Shown: positions 47,785 to 58,802, numbered from the stretch's first letter. The stretch: 64,000 nucleotides of DNA from Candidatus Methanomethylophilaceae archaeon (GCA_944320495.1 CALUHR010000005.1:32001-96000), one strand, 5' to 3'. Numbers and translations are program-made. The notes: generated by a model not told the origin, from the letters alone.

Positions 47785-49910
47785 GGCATCCTCCATCCCT
47801 CGACCGCCGGGAGGCGGGAGGTGTTCTCCAGATACCGGATGTAGTCGAACACGGGGCGGTAGCCCACGCCCATCCTGCTGAGCTTGGCGAACGTGGTGCC
47901 CTCCGGAACGGGTCTGGCTATGTCTCCGATGAGGTAGTCTGGCCTCATATCGTGAAGATCCCTCGCGAGGTCCTCCTCCGTGTAGTCCTCTGTGACCTTG
48001 TACCTCGAATCCGCCCTGCCTCCGGCCTTGCGGGGGCTCGGCGCGACCCCGACCCTGAGGATGTCGACGCCCAGATTGTCCAGAGCGTCTATGAGCCAGT
48101 CGGGGTTGGAGCCGATCTTCCAGGCCACGATGACGCGCTTCCCCTCCATCTTCGGGCGGTGCGATTCCAGGAACGCTTCGTACTCCGCTCTGGCACGTTC
48201 GGTTTCTTTCAAGGCCATCTCCTCCCTGCCGGTCCGGCGCCCCATCTCGGACACCCAGTCCAGGTACCCGCGCATGCCCATGGGCATCGGCGCCGGGAAC
48301 GGCTCCCTGCCAGTCCTCTCCGTTATTAGCGACATCGTGCGCCTCGCGGCCCGGGTGTCGCTCATCAGCATGTCGAACTCCGCGCGGCACACCTCCTCAG
48401 GGGGAGCCGGCGAGCCGTCGTCGATGAACCTGCAGTTCACCTTCAATCCGAAGGATGCCAGCATCCTGTCCAGCTCCCGGCGGTGGTCGGGGGACTGTAT
48501 GTCGAAGAACGAGTTGGAAACCAGGTTCACCAGGCCCCTCTCCGGCTCCAGCGAAGGGTCGATGCGGTCCGCGATGGCCTCGGCGGCCATCTCGAAGCCG
48601 TCGTTGTACTCGCCGGCGATGTCTCCGTCCGCAGATACGAGATCTATGCGAACGTCGGGATGTGCCAGACGCGCCGATTGGACGACGGACTGGCAGTCGT
48701 CGCCGATGATCCCGGGCATGCAGGTGGTGACCACGGCCACCTTGCGGTAGCCCTCGGATATCGCGTTCTCCAGGGACCATCTCAGGAACCCGTCGCCGCC
48801 GAATATGGCGGCGGAGTCGTCCATCATCGACGAGCGTATGTCGCAGGTCGGGGGACGGGAGTACAGACCCTGCTCGTAGAGTCCGAGCACGGCCTTGGCG
48901 CGGGTGGTGGCCATGAGGTACGAGCAGGACATGGGGCCGTGGACCACCACGGCCGTGTCACCGAGCCTGGAGAAAGCGGCCACGGCGCCGTAGGCGGCGC
49001 AGGAGCTCATGACCCTGGCATCCTTGATCGATGATCTGCGGCAGGCGCCGCATCCGGTTCGTTGGGGCAGATTACCCGATGAAGGGCGTATCTCCCTGCC
49101 GGCCGCCAGGTCGGAGAGCTGGTCGTCGTCCAGGGGGTGCGGGAAGGACATCACATCCTCGCCGTCGGATGCGACGGCGATGCGGTCCGCAATCCCGCGG
49201 ACCTGGTCCGCTATCGCGCTGTCCGGGTAGAGTTCCATGACCGTGTGGCCCTTCGATTCGGCGTCGGCAAAGAGGCGATCCCTCGGAATGACGGCGATGA
49301 CCTCGGTGCCGGTGGCGCGGGCGAACCTCTCCACGGTCTCCCTCTCCCCCTCCACCCCGCGGCAGTTGAGCACGATGCCCAGCAGTCTGGGCCTCCCGTT
49401 GTCGAAGTTCAGCAGGCCGCGCATGATGTTGTTGGCCGCGTACATCGCCATGAACTCACCGGATGTCACCAGTATGACGGCGTCAGCGTACTCGTTCCTC
49501 AGCGGGACGGCGAACCCTCCGCACACGACGTCCCCGAGGACGTCGTAGATCCTAACGTCCGTGTCGACGGAGTCGGCGCCGAGCCTCTTCAGAGTGTCGA
49601 AGGTTGTGAGGATCCCACGGCCGGCGCATCCTATGCCCGGCTCGGGGCCGCCGGCCTCGGTGCAGAGCACCCCAGCGGTGCCCTCCTCGATCACATCCTC
49701 GAGCCTCCTCCGGCCGATCGGCGTGTCCCTCACGTAGTCGAGGACGGTGCGCTGGGCCCTCCCTCCCAGGAGGAGGCGGGTGGAGTCGTGCTTCGGGTCG
49801 CAGCCGACCTGCATGACCCTCATACCCCTCTCCGCCAGGGCCACGGAGATGTTGGCGGACATCGTCGACTTCCCGATGCCGCCCTTGCCGTACACCGCCA
49901 CTTGGAACAT
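47781..49910 (-). CDS. NifH-like reductase fused to a NifD/E-like component-1 domain
   Basis: [43 protein letters not shown]; then SSCAAYGA, HGPMSC, TTCMPGIIGDD. Confidence 0.88.
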   Translation of the reverse strand: MFQVAVYGKGGIGKSTMSANISVALAERGMRVMQVGCDPKHDSTRLLLGGRAQRTVLDYVRDTPIGRRRLEDVIEEGTAGVLCTEAGGPEPGIGCAGRGILTTFDTLKRLGADSVDTDVRIYDVLGDVVCGGFAVPLRNEYADAVILVTSGEFMAMYAANNIMRGLLNFDNGRPRLLGIVLNCRGVEGERETVERFARATGTEVIAVIPRDRLFADAESKGHTVMELYPDSAIADQVRGIADRIAVASDGEDVMSFPHPLDDDQLSDLAAGREIRPSSGNLPQRTGCGACRRSSIKDARVMSSCAAYGAVAAFSRLGDTAVVVHGPMSCSYLMATTRAKAVLGLYEQGLYSRPPTCDIRSSMMDDSAAIFGGDGFLRWSLENAISEGYRKVAVVTTCMPGIIGDDCQSVVQSARLAHPDVRIDLVSADGDIAGEYNDGFEMAAEAIADRIDPSLEPERGLVNLVSNSFFDIQSPDHRRELDRMLASFGLKVNCRFIDDGSPAPPEEVCRAEFDMLMSDTRAARRTMSLITERTGREPFPAPMPMGMRGYLDWVSEMGRRTGREEMALKETERARAEYEAFLESHRPKMEGKRVIVAWKIGSNPDWLIDALDNLGVDILRVGVAPSPRKAGGRADSRYKVTEDYTEEDLARDLHDMRPDYLIGDIARPVPEGTTFAKLSRMGVGYRPVFDYIRYLENTSRLPAVEGWRMP

Positions 49911-49918
49911 ACATCCAG
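49902..49918. promoter_or_regulatory. TTGGAT-N5-ATCCAA operator copy overlapping the start codon of the NifH-fusion gene
   Basis: TTGGAACATACATCCAG. Confidence 0.55.
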
Positions 49919-50016
49919 GAATAACGGACGGGATGATAACATGTTCGACGGACCGTGCCACCCTTCATGTACGTCCTCGGGATTCCCCTCGCAACATCAC
50001 GGAGAATGTGAGGGAC

Positions 50017-50733
50017 ATGGGAATCAACATCGGCATCATGGAGATGGAGGCGCCCAGCGCGCCGTGCAGGGCGCTCCGCTCGGAGACCGTCAGGGTGCAC
50101 ATGGCGGACGTGTCCGGATTCGAGGACGCGGCGGTCTACGACGAGTTCGTGCCGTACGAGAAGGCGAGGGCGGCGCTCCCGGACTGGGAGGCGTTCGTGA
50201 AGAGGAACAGGCTCAACGAGGACGCCGATGCCGTCTATCTGGAGAAGATCAAGAAGGAGGACGACCTGGAGATGCTCCGCCCCCTCGCCGAGAGGAGATG
50301 CACCGGATGGGTCGTCATGGAGAGGGTTCCGGAGGACCGCAGGGAGGAGGCGAGACAGCGCGCCGACGATGCGGTGACCGGATGGGACTGCCTGGACTTC
50401 GACGAGATGAATGCGATGTGCGGGTCCTGCCCCCTGTCCTGGGACAAGGGCCGCGGCTGCATCGGGGCCTTCGGCCCGGACAACAGCCTGCTGCCGGAGA
50501 TCGCCGGCAGGCACGGATGCCCTATCGTCGCTTCGGTGCCCCAGGCTGTGGCCGAGGGCAAGAGATTCACGTCGGGGGACGCGGACGAGCTTCTGCGCGA
50601 GGTCGCGGTGCTGAGGGAGGCGCTGCCCGTCGAGGGGAAGATGATGGTCCGCCGCTATTCCGGGCCGGTGGACAGGATGGAGGCCGTGGCGAAGATCTCG
50701 AAATCGGAGGGCTGCGGCTTCTATTTCTTCTGA
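50017..50733 (+). CDS. Conserved-looking hypothetical protein with a Cys cluster
   Basis: MGINIGIMEMEAPSAPC..., WDCLDFDEMNAMCGSCPLSWDKGRGCIG; strongly coding codon usage. Confidence 0.75.
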   Translation: MGINIGIMEMEAPSAPCRALRSETVRVHMADVSGFEDAAVYDEFVPYEKARAALPDWEAFVKRNRLNEDADAVYLEKIKKEDDLEMLRPLAERRCTGWVVMERVPEDRREEARQRADDAVTGWDCLDFDEMNAMCGSCPLSWDKGRGCIGAFGPDNSLLPEIAGRHGCPIVASVPQAVAEGKRFTSGDADELLREVAVLREALPVEGKMMVRRYSGPVDRMEAVAKISKSEGCGFYFF

Positions 50734-51097
50734 ACCTTCTTACTCAGGGGGCCTCCAGGCTCCCGTCTATCATTGACCGACGGGCAACCGATGCCCGTCC
50801 GTCCAATCCCTGACCCGCGTGGTCAACCGATTGCCGTCGGGGTTGCGAAGCGGTATATCCCGTCCAGCTTTCTCGAGGCCCATGACCTGTCCCTTCTGCC
50901 ACTGCGAGGTTTCGGATCTATGCCCCTTCTCCATCTGCCCCACCTGCGGGCAGCCGATAGAGGACAGGCAGGCATGATTGTCTCGGTATTTGGGGCAATG
51001 TTCTCCTTATCCCTGGTCGGTCCTCCATAGATTCACACCATGTGAAGTTAAGACCATTGATGGCATTCATACTTGCAAGTGCAACGAGATTGCACGC

Positions 51098-51108
51098 GGG
51101 GGGGGGGG
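51098..51108 (+). repeat. G11 homopolymer in the leader of a surface-protein gene
   Basis: tgcacgc-GGGGGGGGGGG-ccgccc, 47 bp upstream of the ATG at 51156. Confidence 0.8.
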
Positions 51109-51155
51109 CCGCCCGTTATTGGTCGTCCCTCCCGTCTTCCGTACGGAGGGAAATC

Positions 51156-53741
51156 ATGAACAATCTGACCAAGATGGCTGCAGTCATTGCTGTCATCGTC
51201 GCCGTATTCGGATGCACGGCCATAGCATCTGACAACTCAGAAGCCGCATCTACGATCTATGTCGATACGAATGCGACTGATGATCAGACGACGAATACAT
51301 ACTCCACCCTAGCAGGTGCGATTGCAGCAGCAACAGATGGCGATATAATCACGCTGAAAAGCGACATTACGAACTGTCCCAAGATAGAGCTTGACAACGG
51401 AAAAGAATTCACCATAGACCTGAACAGTTTTGATATAACGTTCGCCCAAAATGCCTACTTCCATGTGGTGAACGCATCCCTGGTAATCACCGGAAACGGT
51501 ACAGTGAAGGAGGGGTCCCCCTATTACGGCCCATTCCTCATCAACACTCCGATAGATGCCGTTAAAGGACAGGAATATGTCTCCCTTACCGTCGGTGAGA
51601 ACGTCACAGTCGAGGGTTGGGCCCCAATTTTTATCGATTTCAACGACGAATCTGTGGTGAAAAACGCCTACGGAGTAACCATCGACGTCTACGGCACGCT
51701 CAACAGCGTCAACGATTACACCGGAGCCGCCGGACATGGTATCTATCTGAACGGAACCATAACAGCCACCGACGACTATGCCACCATCAACGTACATGAG
51801 GGCGCCACCATCACATCCAATGGGAACGGCGCCTACATTGCAGGATACGCCGCCCTCAACGTGTACGGCGGAAACATCTCTGGAGACACGGGAATCGAAA
51901 TCCGCGCCGGCATCCTGAACATCAAAGGCGGCACCATCACCGCAACCGGAACCGAATTCAACTCCGCACCGAACGGTAACGGCTCCACTACCAGTGGAGT
52001 GGCCATCGTCGTCTCCCAGCACACCACGGACCTGCCCATCGATGTCAGCATCTCTGGCGGCTCCATGAGCGGGCTCTACGCCCTCTATCAGGCAACCACC
52101 GACGCTGGCAACAAACCCGAACTGATCAAGATCGACATCAAGGGCGGAAACTTCTCCACAACCGACACCACCGGCGAATACGGGTCCGTCTGGGCCGAGG
52201 ACTCCAGGAACTTCGTCTCCGGCGGCTCGTACAACACCGATCCCTCCGCCTATCTCGCCGATGAGCTCGTAGCCGTCCAATACGCCGATTCCGGCATGTT
52301 CCTGATCCAGAACCAAGATGCATTCTTCTCCGTGGACATCGTCTCCGATACGGAGAATCCGTTCATGGGCGAAGAGGTGAACCTCACGGCAGTGGTTACC
52401 GGCGCCCCCTCCGGCGCCGACCTGACATACAAGTGGTACGTGGACGAGAAGGCCGTCGAAGGCAATGGAAACACAATCACCGTGAACGCTGGTAGAGTAA
52501 CGTACAATGTGGAGGTATACGCCGACGGCGTGTACCTGGGCCAGACCTATGCGGAGCCGTTCACGTTCATGCTCAGGATCGACTACACCCTGGATGGGGC
52601 CCTCATCGATTCCCAGACGGTCCTCCAGGGCAGTCTACCGGAGCTCCCCGACCTTCCGGAGCTCCCGACCGGATACGAATACCAGGTGGATGGAATCCCC
52701 GTGATCGATTGGACGCCGTTCGAGCTGTATGAGGATTGGACGGTTCCTATAACCACGGGAATCGCCGATGTGTCCATCTCGGTCACGGCAGGGATCGATT
52801 CGGCAGGCAACCCCATGCTCACCGCGAGCGTCAGCGCGCCTGTGAACTACGTGGACGGCCTCTGCATATGGTCATTGGATAATGAGGAAGTCGAAGCCAC
52901 GGGATGGACCATGCCCCTGACTGTTTCCGGATGGTATTATGTGGCTGCTTACGTCGAAGACGCCGACGGACATTTCGGATTCGACTACATGGCATTCTAT
53001 TTCGAGGTTCCCGATGACGGGGAGACGGACATAAGCGGTTCCGGAGGGGTCGTGAACACCTCCACGGCGACCAACACGGCTATAATCACGACTGGAACCG
53101 GAGCCAATGATGCCACTCTGAACCTGGCCTACACCGATGAGAACGACAACAAGGTCGCGGACATCGCCATAACAGGAAACGTGGGGCAGGGGGTCGCGGC
53201 GGTCACCGTCAATCCCATGGGAAGCAACACGGCTAAAAATGCCGTCTCCAACGTCGTCTCCGAGGAGCAGGCGTCCAAGGCGGTCGGAGTGGATGTCAAG
53301 GTCAGCAACGTCACTGACTACCGCATGACCATCAAGGTCCCGATGACCCTCGACGAGGGACAGTACGCCGGCTCCGCCGTGGCCTACTTCATCGAGGAGG
53401 ACGGGTCTCTGACCCCGGTGGACTGCATCGTCAGGGGCACCGAGGTGTGGATCTACACCACCCACAACACCGAGTACGTCGCGGTGCCGACGTCCATCGT
53501 CTCCGCCCCTGTGGAGCAGGAGGAGCCGGTGTTCGAGGATGATGATTCTGGCTCAGACCTGCCTCCGTTCATCCCGTTCCCGCCGCAGGACGACGGGGAC
53601 CCGATCGAGGTCTACCCGAGCCAGGACGGCGGATCCTCCAGCGGCAGGGACGACACCATGAAGGTCGTCGCCGTCGCGGCGGCAGCCGTGATCGCCGCGA
53701 TCCTTGCGATCATCCTCGCGTCCACATACCGCAAGAACTGA
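51156..53741 (+). CDS. Adhesin-like surface protein with N-terminal signal and C-terminal TM anchor
   Basis: MNNLTKMAAVIAVIVAVFGC..., YSTLAGAIAAATDGDIITL (pectin-lyase-like start), GTGIEIRAG beta-helix text, IYTTHNTEY, C-terminal VVAVAAAAVIAAILAIILASTYRKN. Confidence 0.85.
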   Translation: MNNLTKMAAVIAVIVAVFGCTAIASDNSEAASTIYVDTNATDDQTTNTYSTLAGAIAAATDGDIITLKSDITNCPKIELDNGKEFTIDLNSFDITFAQNAYFHVVNASLVITGNGTVKEGSPYYGPFLINTPIDAVKGQEYVSLTVGENVTVEGWAPIFIDFNDESVVKNAYGVTIDVYGTLNSVNDYTGAAGHGIYLNGTITATDDYATINVHEGATITSNGNGAYIAGYAALNVYGGNISGDTGIEIRAGILNIKGGTITATGTEFNSAPNGNGSTTSGVAIVVSQHTTDLPIDVSISGGSMSGLYALYQATTDAGNKPELIKIDIKGGNFSTTDTTGEYGSVWAEDSRNFVSGGSYNTDPSAYLADELVAVQYADSGMFLIQNQDAFFSVDIVSDTENPFMGEEVNLTAVVTGAPSGADLTYKWYVDEKAVEGNGNTITVNAGRVTYNVEVYADGVYLGQTYAEPFTFMLRIDYTLDGALIDSQTVLQGSLPELPDLPELPTGYEYQVDGIPVIDWTPFELYEDWTVPITTGIADVSISVTAGIDSAGNPMLTASVSAPVNYVDGLCIWSLDNEEVEATGWTMPLTVSGWYYVAAYVEDADGHFGFDYMAFYFEVPDDGETDISGSGGVVNTSTATNTAIITTGTGANDATLNLAYTDENDNKVADIAITGNVGQGVAAVTVNPMGSNTAKNAVSNVVSEEQASKAVGVDVKVSNVTDYRMTIKVPMTLDEGQYAGSAVAYFIEEDGSLTPVDCIVRGTEVWIYTTHNTEYVAVPTSIVSAPVEQEEPVFEDDDSGSDLPPFIPFPPQDDGDPIEVYPSQDGGSSSGRDDTMKVVAVAAAAVIAAILAIILASTYRKN

Positions 53742-53748
53742 TTGAAAC

Positions 53749-53790
53749 GAGGTCCTTCGACCTCCCCTTACCGCCCTCTCACGGGGGCGG
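53749..53790 (+). terminator. Tandem hairpins after the adhesin gene
   Basis: GAGGTC-CTTC-GACCTC and CCGCCC-TCTCACGG-GGGCGG. Confidence 0.5.
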
Positions 53791-54138
53791 ATACCTCGCC
53801 CCGATGAATCCGGGTTCACCCCTTTGACGGACTTCCTCCCGCAGGGGGTGATGCGCATCCCGATGTCGTCATCGTAATCCGTCATGCCCATATTGGTCAG
53901 AAAGCGGACGCCCTCCACGGGCTCCGGTTCCCCGCGATATCTAAGAGATCCCTCCCCTCGTAGGGGAGGATCGTCATCTGGAAGGCGGCCGGACTGCGGG
54001 ATTCTGCCAGTCCACTCCGCTTCGATTCCCGGGAGATGCCATGTCCTCTCGCCTCGGGTTCGACGTCCATATTCATGGAGCCGTCGTGTATGCGATGACG
54101 ATTTCAAATAGCCCATCGGCCATCCGCCATCGATATCC

Positions 54139-54570
54139 GTGCACCACGACCCCTCCGATCTCCTCGCCGCCGTATCCGAGGCCTGCGGACGCACGCCGGA
54201 CATCTCCTCGATGGAGGGCCGCCTGACCCTGCAGAGGGGATGCTACATCCTCAACTCCAGGGGATGCGGGCCGTTCTACGACTACGACGTCTACATCCGC
54301 GGGCCCTACTCGAGGGAGCTGGCCGACGACATATGGGGGCTGGGGGCAGTCCCCTCCGGGGGCACGGGGCTTCCGGAGGCGGAGGTCTCCGTGCTCATGG
54401 GGCTGTTCCGCAGGGGGCCGTCGTACGTGGAGGCGTATGCGACGACGCTCCTGCTGGTCCGGATGAACCCGGGGGTCGCGAGGCATAAGATCGCGGAGAG
54501 GGCGACGGAGCTGAAGCCTGATCTGGAAAGGGAGGTCCGGGAGGCTTTCGACGAGATTCTGGAACAGTGA
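54139..54570 (+). CDS. YwgA-like/Panacea-like small protein
   Basis: [11 protein letters not shown]...[17 protein letters not shown] resembles the QK-x-x-Y...GPYS signature; GTG start is uncertain. Confidence 0.55.
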   Translation: MHHDPSDLLAAVSEACGRTPDISSMEGRLTLQRGCYILNSRGCGPFYDYDVYIRGPYSRELADDIWGLGAVPSGGTGLPEAEVSVLMGLFRRGPSYVEAYATTLLLVRMNPGVARHKIAERATELKPDLEREVREAFDEILEQ

Positions 54571-54613
54571 ATCCCTGTGGATTTTCGCAACGGTTCTAAT
54601 CGCCACCCAGATA

Positions 54614-54630
54614 TTGGATTATACATCCAA
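54614..54630. promoter_or_regulatory. TTGGAT-N5-ATCCAA operator, perfect copy (second NifH-fusion operon)
   Basis: TTGGATTATACATCCAA, 13 bp before the ATG at 54644. Confidence 0.8.
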
Positions 54631-54643
54631 TAGGTGTTCTCCC

Positions 54644-56770
54644 ATGACCAAGGTGGCGATCTACGGCAAAGGCGGGATAGGCAAATCCACGACGGCGTCC
54701 AACATCTCGCTGGCCCTCTCGCGGAAGGGGGCAAGGGTGCTCCAGGTGGGCTGCGACCCCAAGAGCGACTCCACCCGCTCCCTCCTCGGAGGCCGCCCGC
54801 CGGCCACCGTCCTCGGCTACGTCAGAGGAACGCCTCCGCTGGAGAGGAAGCTGGAGGATGTCGTGATGCCGGGAACCAACGGCGTCATGTGCGTCGAGGC
54901 CGGAGGGCCGGAGCCCGGCATAGGATGCGCCGGGCGCGGAATCATCACCACATTCGAGACCCTCTGGAGCCTCGGCATCGACGACCTCGACGCGGACGTC
55001 ACGGTCTTCGACGTCCTCGGCGACGTGGTCTGCGGAGGGTTCGCCGTCCCCCTCCGCAGGGAGAACGCCGACGCCGTGTTCATCGTGACCTCGGGGGAAT
55101 TCATGTCGGTGTACGCGGCGAACAACATCATGAGGGGAATCGTCAACTTCGGGACCGACCGCGGGAGGGTCGCCGGCATCATCCTCAACCGCAGGGGGGT
55201 GGAGGGCGAGGACCGCATCGTCAGGACCCTGTCGGAATGCACCGGGATCCCGATTGTCGCCGATGTGCCCAGATCGGAGCTGTTCAGACGGGCCGAATCC
55301 GGAGCAATGACTGTATCGGAGATGTTCCCGGACTCGCTGGAGGCCTCGATCTACTCGAAGATGGCGGATATGATACTCGGCATCGCGGATGGGACCACGA
55401 GGCTGTACGTCCCGCATCCGCTGGACGACGCCCAGCTCGAAGCCCTGGCCTCCGGCCGCGCCGACATGGGGCCGGGCCGTTTCGCCAGCCGCCGCCCCTG
55501 CTCCGAGAGGGGTTATGTGGGCATCGGCTCCTGCGCCTCCCGCGGGGCTGTCTTCGAAGCCGGGAGGGTCTGCGACATCCCGATCGTGGTCCACGGACCG
55601 GACAGCTGCGGTTACGTCATGTCCCACACCCAGGACGGACACTACCTGGAGGCCCTGGCGTCGAACAGGTTCCTGCGGGCCCATATGCGCAACAACATCT
55701 CCTGCACCGGGATGACCGAGCGGGACTGCATCTTCGGCGGACGGAAGCCGCTGAAGAGGGAGCTGCTCCGCCTCGCATCGGAGGGGCGCCGCACCGCCAT
55801 GGTGGTCACAACCTGCGTCTCCGGTATGATCGGGGACGACGTGGACTCCGTCGTGAGGGAGGTGGAGATGGAGATCCCGGGGATGCGTGTCATCCCGGTG
55901 AAGGCTGACGGGAACCTCACCGGGGAGAGCGAGGAGGGGCGCCTGATGGTCATCGGGGAGTTCATGAACATGATAGAGCCTCATGAGGGGCCAAAAAGGA
56001 ACAGAATCAACATCGTGGACGACACGTTCATGTGGTTCGATTCGGGGAACAACCTGCTGTGGACCGAGAAGCTGCTGAGGATGGTGGGCTCCGAGCCCGG
56101 CGTCCGCCTGTTCGACGACTGCACCCTGGAGGAGCTCCGCTCCTCCGCATCCAGCATCCTTTCGGTACTGGCGGACGATTCGCCAGTGAACGTTCGCATG
56201 GCGAAGATGCTGGAGGCGAAGGGCATGGACGCCCTGCCGGCCCCGCTCCCGCGCGGGTACGGAGAGACCATGGCGTGGATCCCCATGTGCTGCGAGCGTC
56301 TCGGGACCGACCCCGGGCCGGCCCTCGCCAGGGCGGAGTCCGAATACCAGAGCGCGCTGAGAAGGCTCTCGCCGAGACTGTCAGGCAGGAGGGTGGCCGT
56401 CGTGTCGCGTTCGTCCTCCGATCCGGACTGGATGATCGAATGCCTGCAGGACGCGGGCGCGGACGTTGTGTGCTCCGTGTCGTTCCGTGTGGGCGCGGGA
56501 TCCGTGAGGGGGATGCGCTCCAGGTTCGCGGACCACGTCGAATGTAGGAGCGACGTGCCGGTATCGGAACTCGAGATGTTCCTGCTGGACAGGTCCCCGG
56601 ACATCGTGGTCGGACCGGGCAACCTGCTTTCCAATCTGGGAATCAGACACATATCGCCTCCCTCGGAGACGGTGTCGCACAGGGCGTCTGAGGCGTTCCT
56701 TGAGAGGGTGGCGGACGGGCTTGTCCGCAAACCCTCTCCGGGATGGATATCGTGGGGGGAGGAGGCATGA
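54644..56770 (+). CDS. Second NifH-like/NifD-like fusion protein
   Basis: [43 protein letters not shown]; [25 protein letters not shown]. Confidence 0.88.
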   Translation: MTKVAIYGKGGIGKSTTASNISLALSRKGARVLQVGCDPKSDSTRSLLGGRPPATVLGYVRGTPPLERKLEDVVMPGTNGVMCVEAGGPEPGIGCAGRGIITTFETLWSLGIDDLDADVTVFDVLGDVVCGGFAVPLRRENADAVFIVTSGEFMSVYAANNIMRGIVNFGTDRGRVAGIILNRRGVEGEDRIVRTLSECTGIPIVADVPRSELFRRAESGAMTVSEMFPDSLEASIYSKMADMILGIADGTTRLYVPHPLDDAQLEALASGRADMGPGRFASRRPCSERGYVGIGSCASRGAVFEAGRVCDIPIVVHGPDSCGYVMSHTQDGHYLEALASNRFLRAHMRNNISCTGMTERDCIFGGRKPLKRELLRLASEGRRTAMVVTTCVSGMIGDDVDSVVREVEMEIPGMRVIPVKADGNLTGESEEGRLMVIGEFMNMIEPHEGPKRNRINIVDDTFMWFDSGNNLLWTEKLLRMVGSEPGVRLFDDCTLEELRSSASSILSVLADDSPVNVRMAKMLEAKGMDALPAPLPRGYGETMAWIPMCCERLGTDPGPALARAESEYQSALRRLSPRLSGRRVAVVSRSSSDPDWMIECLQDAGADVVCSVSFRVGAGSVRGMRSRFADHVECRSDVPVSELEMFLLDRSPDIVVGPGNLLSNLGIRHISPPSETVSHRASEAFLERVADGLVRKPSPGWISWGEEA

Positions 56771-58008
56771 ACCCGAAGCCCGACGGATTCATCGGAGCGG
56801 TGATGGCCGCGGAGGGGGTCTCCAACATGACCACCCTGCTCCACGGGCCGGACGGATGCAGGAAGAACCTTGCCGCGCTGTCCCGCAGCCTGCTCCCGAA
56901 GGGCGGGAGATGCGACCTCAGCACCCCGTTCTATAGGGGATTCCCGGTGGTCCCGTGCACTGGCATCGGACCGTCCGACTACATCTTCGGTTCCGGAGGG
57001 AGGCTGACCGAGGCGCTCGGGTTCGTGGGCGGAAGGACGGAGGGTCCGGTGGCCGTCGTGTGCTCCCCCGGAGCGTCCCTCATCGGGGACGACTGCTCCA
57101 AGGCGATCGCGGACAGCGGGATGGAGGGCAGGGCCGTCGTCATCGGCGAGGACACGATGTCCAGTCCGCTCTGCGAGGCATACGACGCAGCGATAGAAAG
57201 AATCCTCAGATCGCTTGCGCCCCGGGATGGCGAGACGATCCCGGGGACCGTGAGCCTCGTCGGCCTGAGCGTGCTGACCAAGGACTGGCACACCGTGACC
57301 TCCGAGTTCTCAGCCATGTTCGGCATGATGGGACTCGATGTGCTGGCATCGCCCGGGGCCGGTAGCCCCTCGGAAGACCTGCGCCGGTCGGCTCAGGCCG
57401 AGTTCTGCGTGATCATGTGCCCCGAATACGCTCGTCTCACGTCATCATTCTACAAAGAGCGCGGATCGGAGATTGTTTCGCTGGGCCACGCGCCGGTCGG
57501 CTTCGCGGCGACCAGGGAGCTGATCCTCAAAGTGGCCGACGCCTCCGGCAGAGACCGGTCGGCGGCGCTGGAGTACATCAGGGGATTCGAGAGACGCGCC
57601 CGCACATGCATGCTCACCACACAGGAGAACGTGTCCGGAAGGACCTTCAGGCTGGAGGCCGACGCATCGGTCGCGCTCCCCCTGACCAGATGGCTATGCG
57701 ACGACCTTGGCCTGGTCCCGGCGTCCGTAATCTGCCAGACAGGCCTCAGGGCGGCGGACGAGCTGATCGGATATCTTGATGGGATGGGGCTGGGCGACGT
57801 CTTCGGCGTCCCGCCTCGGTCCGAACCGTATTACGCGTTCTGCGACGGGAACACCGCCCGCCTGGAGGAGCTGTCCGGGGTCTGCCGCAGGGGCGTGGAT
57901 ATCGTGTTCCCGTCGAAGCTCAACACGGACTTCCGCCCGTCGCCTGTGATGGGGCCGTCCGGGGCGATGTACCTGCTGGACCGCGTGGTCAATCCGTTCC
58001 CGAACCGA
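56767..58008 (+). CDS. Second NifK/BchZ-like component-1 subunit (ends at CGA CGA)
   Basis: [45 protein letters not shown]; CGA at 58006 matches the end point of the paralog. Confidence 0.75.
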
Positions 58009-58792
58009 CGACCTGGAGGCCGTCCTCGGGATTGTCCATCAGCATGATGTGGGGACGGCCCTCGAACGTGACGATCTCGCATCCGATTCCGTACACGTCG
58101 CGGATGTTGGCCTCGGTGAGGACCTCCTCTGGCGTACCGTCGGAATGGACCGTCCCCTCGCTCAGAAGGATTATCCTGTCGGAGTAGCGGGAGGCGATGT
58201 TCAGGTCGTGGCATATCATCAGCACTATCATCCCCCTGCTGTGGGCCAGGTCCCTGAGGAGATGCGCCACCCCCATCTGGTGCCTGATGTCCAGATTGGC
58301 CGTCGGCTCGTCGAGCAGGAGTATCCTCGACTCCTGGGCCAGCCCGCGGGCGAGCATCACCTTCTGATGCTGTCCGGCCGAGAGCTCGTTGAAGGAACGC
58401 AGTGCCAGATCATCTATCGACATGAGACAGAGGGTGGAATGTACGATGCGCAGGTCCTCCTCCGTGCGGCGGTTGCCGCTGTGCGGATACCTGCCCATCA
58501 TAACCGTGTCGGCTACGGACATGGGAAACGACGTTCCGGATGAGCACGGCACGTAGCCCATGATCTTCGCCAGCTCACGGCCGGGTATCTCGGAAACGTC
58601 CCTCCCGTCGACCCTGACGGATCCCGATCTAGGCGTCAGGATGCGGTCGATGCAGTGTATTAGCGTGGACTTCCCCACGCCGTTGGGTCCGAGGACAGAC
58701 ACGAACTGAGGGGATTCCACCGAGAACGTCACATCCCTCAGAACATCCGCGTCGCCGTATCCGAACGTGATGCCTTCTACTTCCAATCTCAT
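57989..58792 (-). CDS. FecE/BtuD-type ABC ATPase
   Basis: GPNGVGKST, LSAGQHQKV, DEPTANLD, CHDLNIA. Confidence 0.9.
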   Translation of the reverse strand: MRLEVEGITFGYGDADVLRDVTFSVESPQFVSVLGPNGVGKSTLIHCIDRILTPRSGSVRVDGRDVSEIPGRELAKIMGYVPCSSGTSFPMSVADTVMMGRYPHSGNRRTEEDLRIVHSTLCLMSIDDLALRSFNELSAGQHQKVMLARGLAQESRILLLDEPTANLDIRHQMGVAHLLRDLAHSRGMIVLMICHDLNIASRYSDRIILLSEGTVHSDGTPEEVLTEANIRDVYGIGCEIVTFEGRPHIMLMDNPEDGLQVVGSGTD

Positions 58793-58802
58793 GATATCTC
58801 CC

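Noticed and set aside
53829-53838. GAGGAAGTCC on the minus strand resembling the RNase P CR-I motif
   Set aside because: Only about 90 nt remain before the adhesin gene, and no CR-V motif was found.
46522-58008. Nitrogen fixation (nifHDK)
   Set aside because: There is no recognisable FeMo-cofactor ligand context, the K-like subunit has one Cys, H is fused to D, and no nifB/E/N or glnB-type genes lie nearby.
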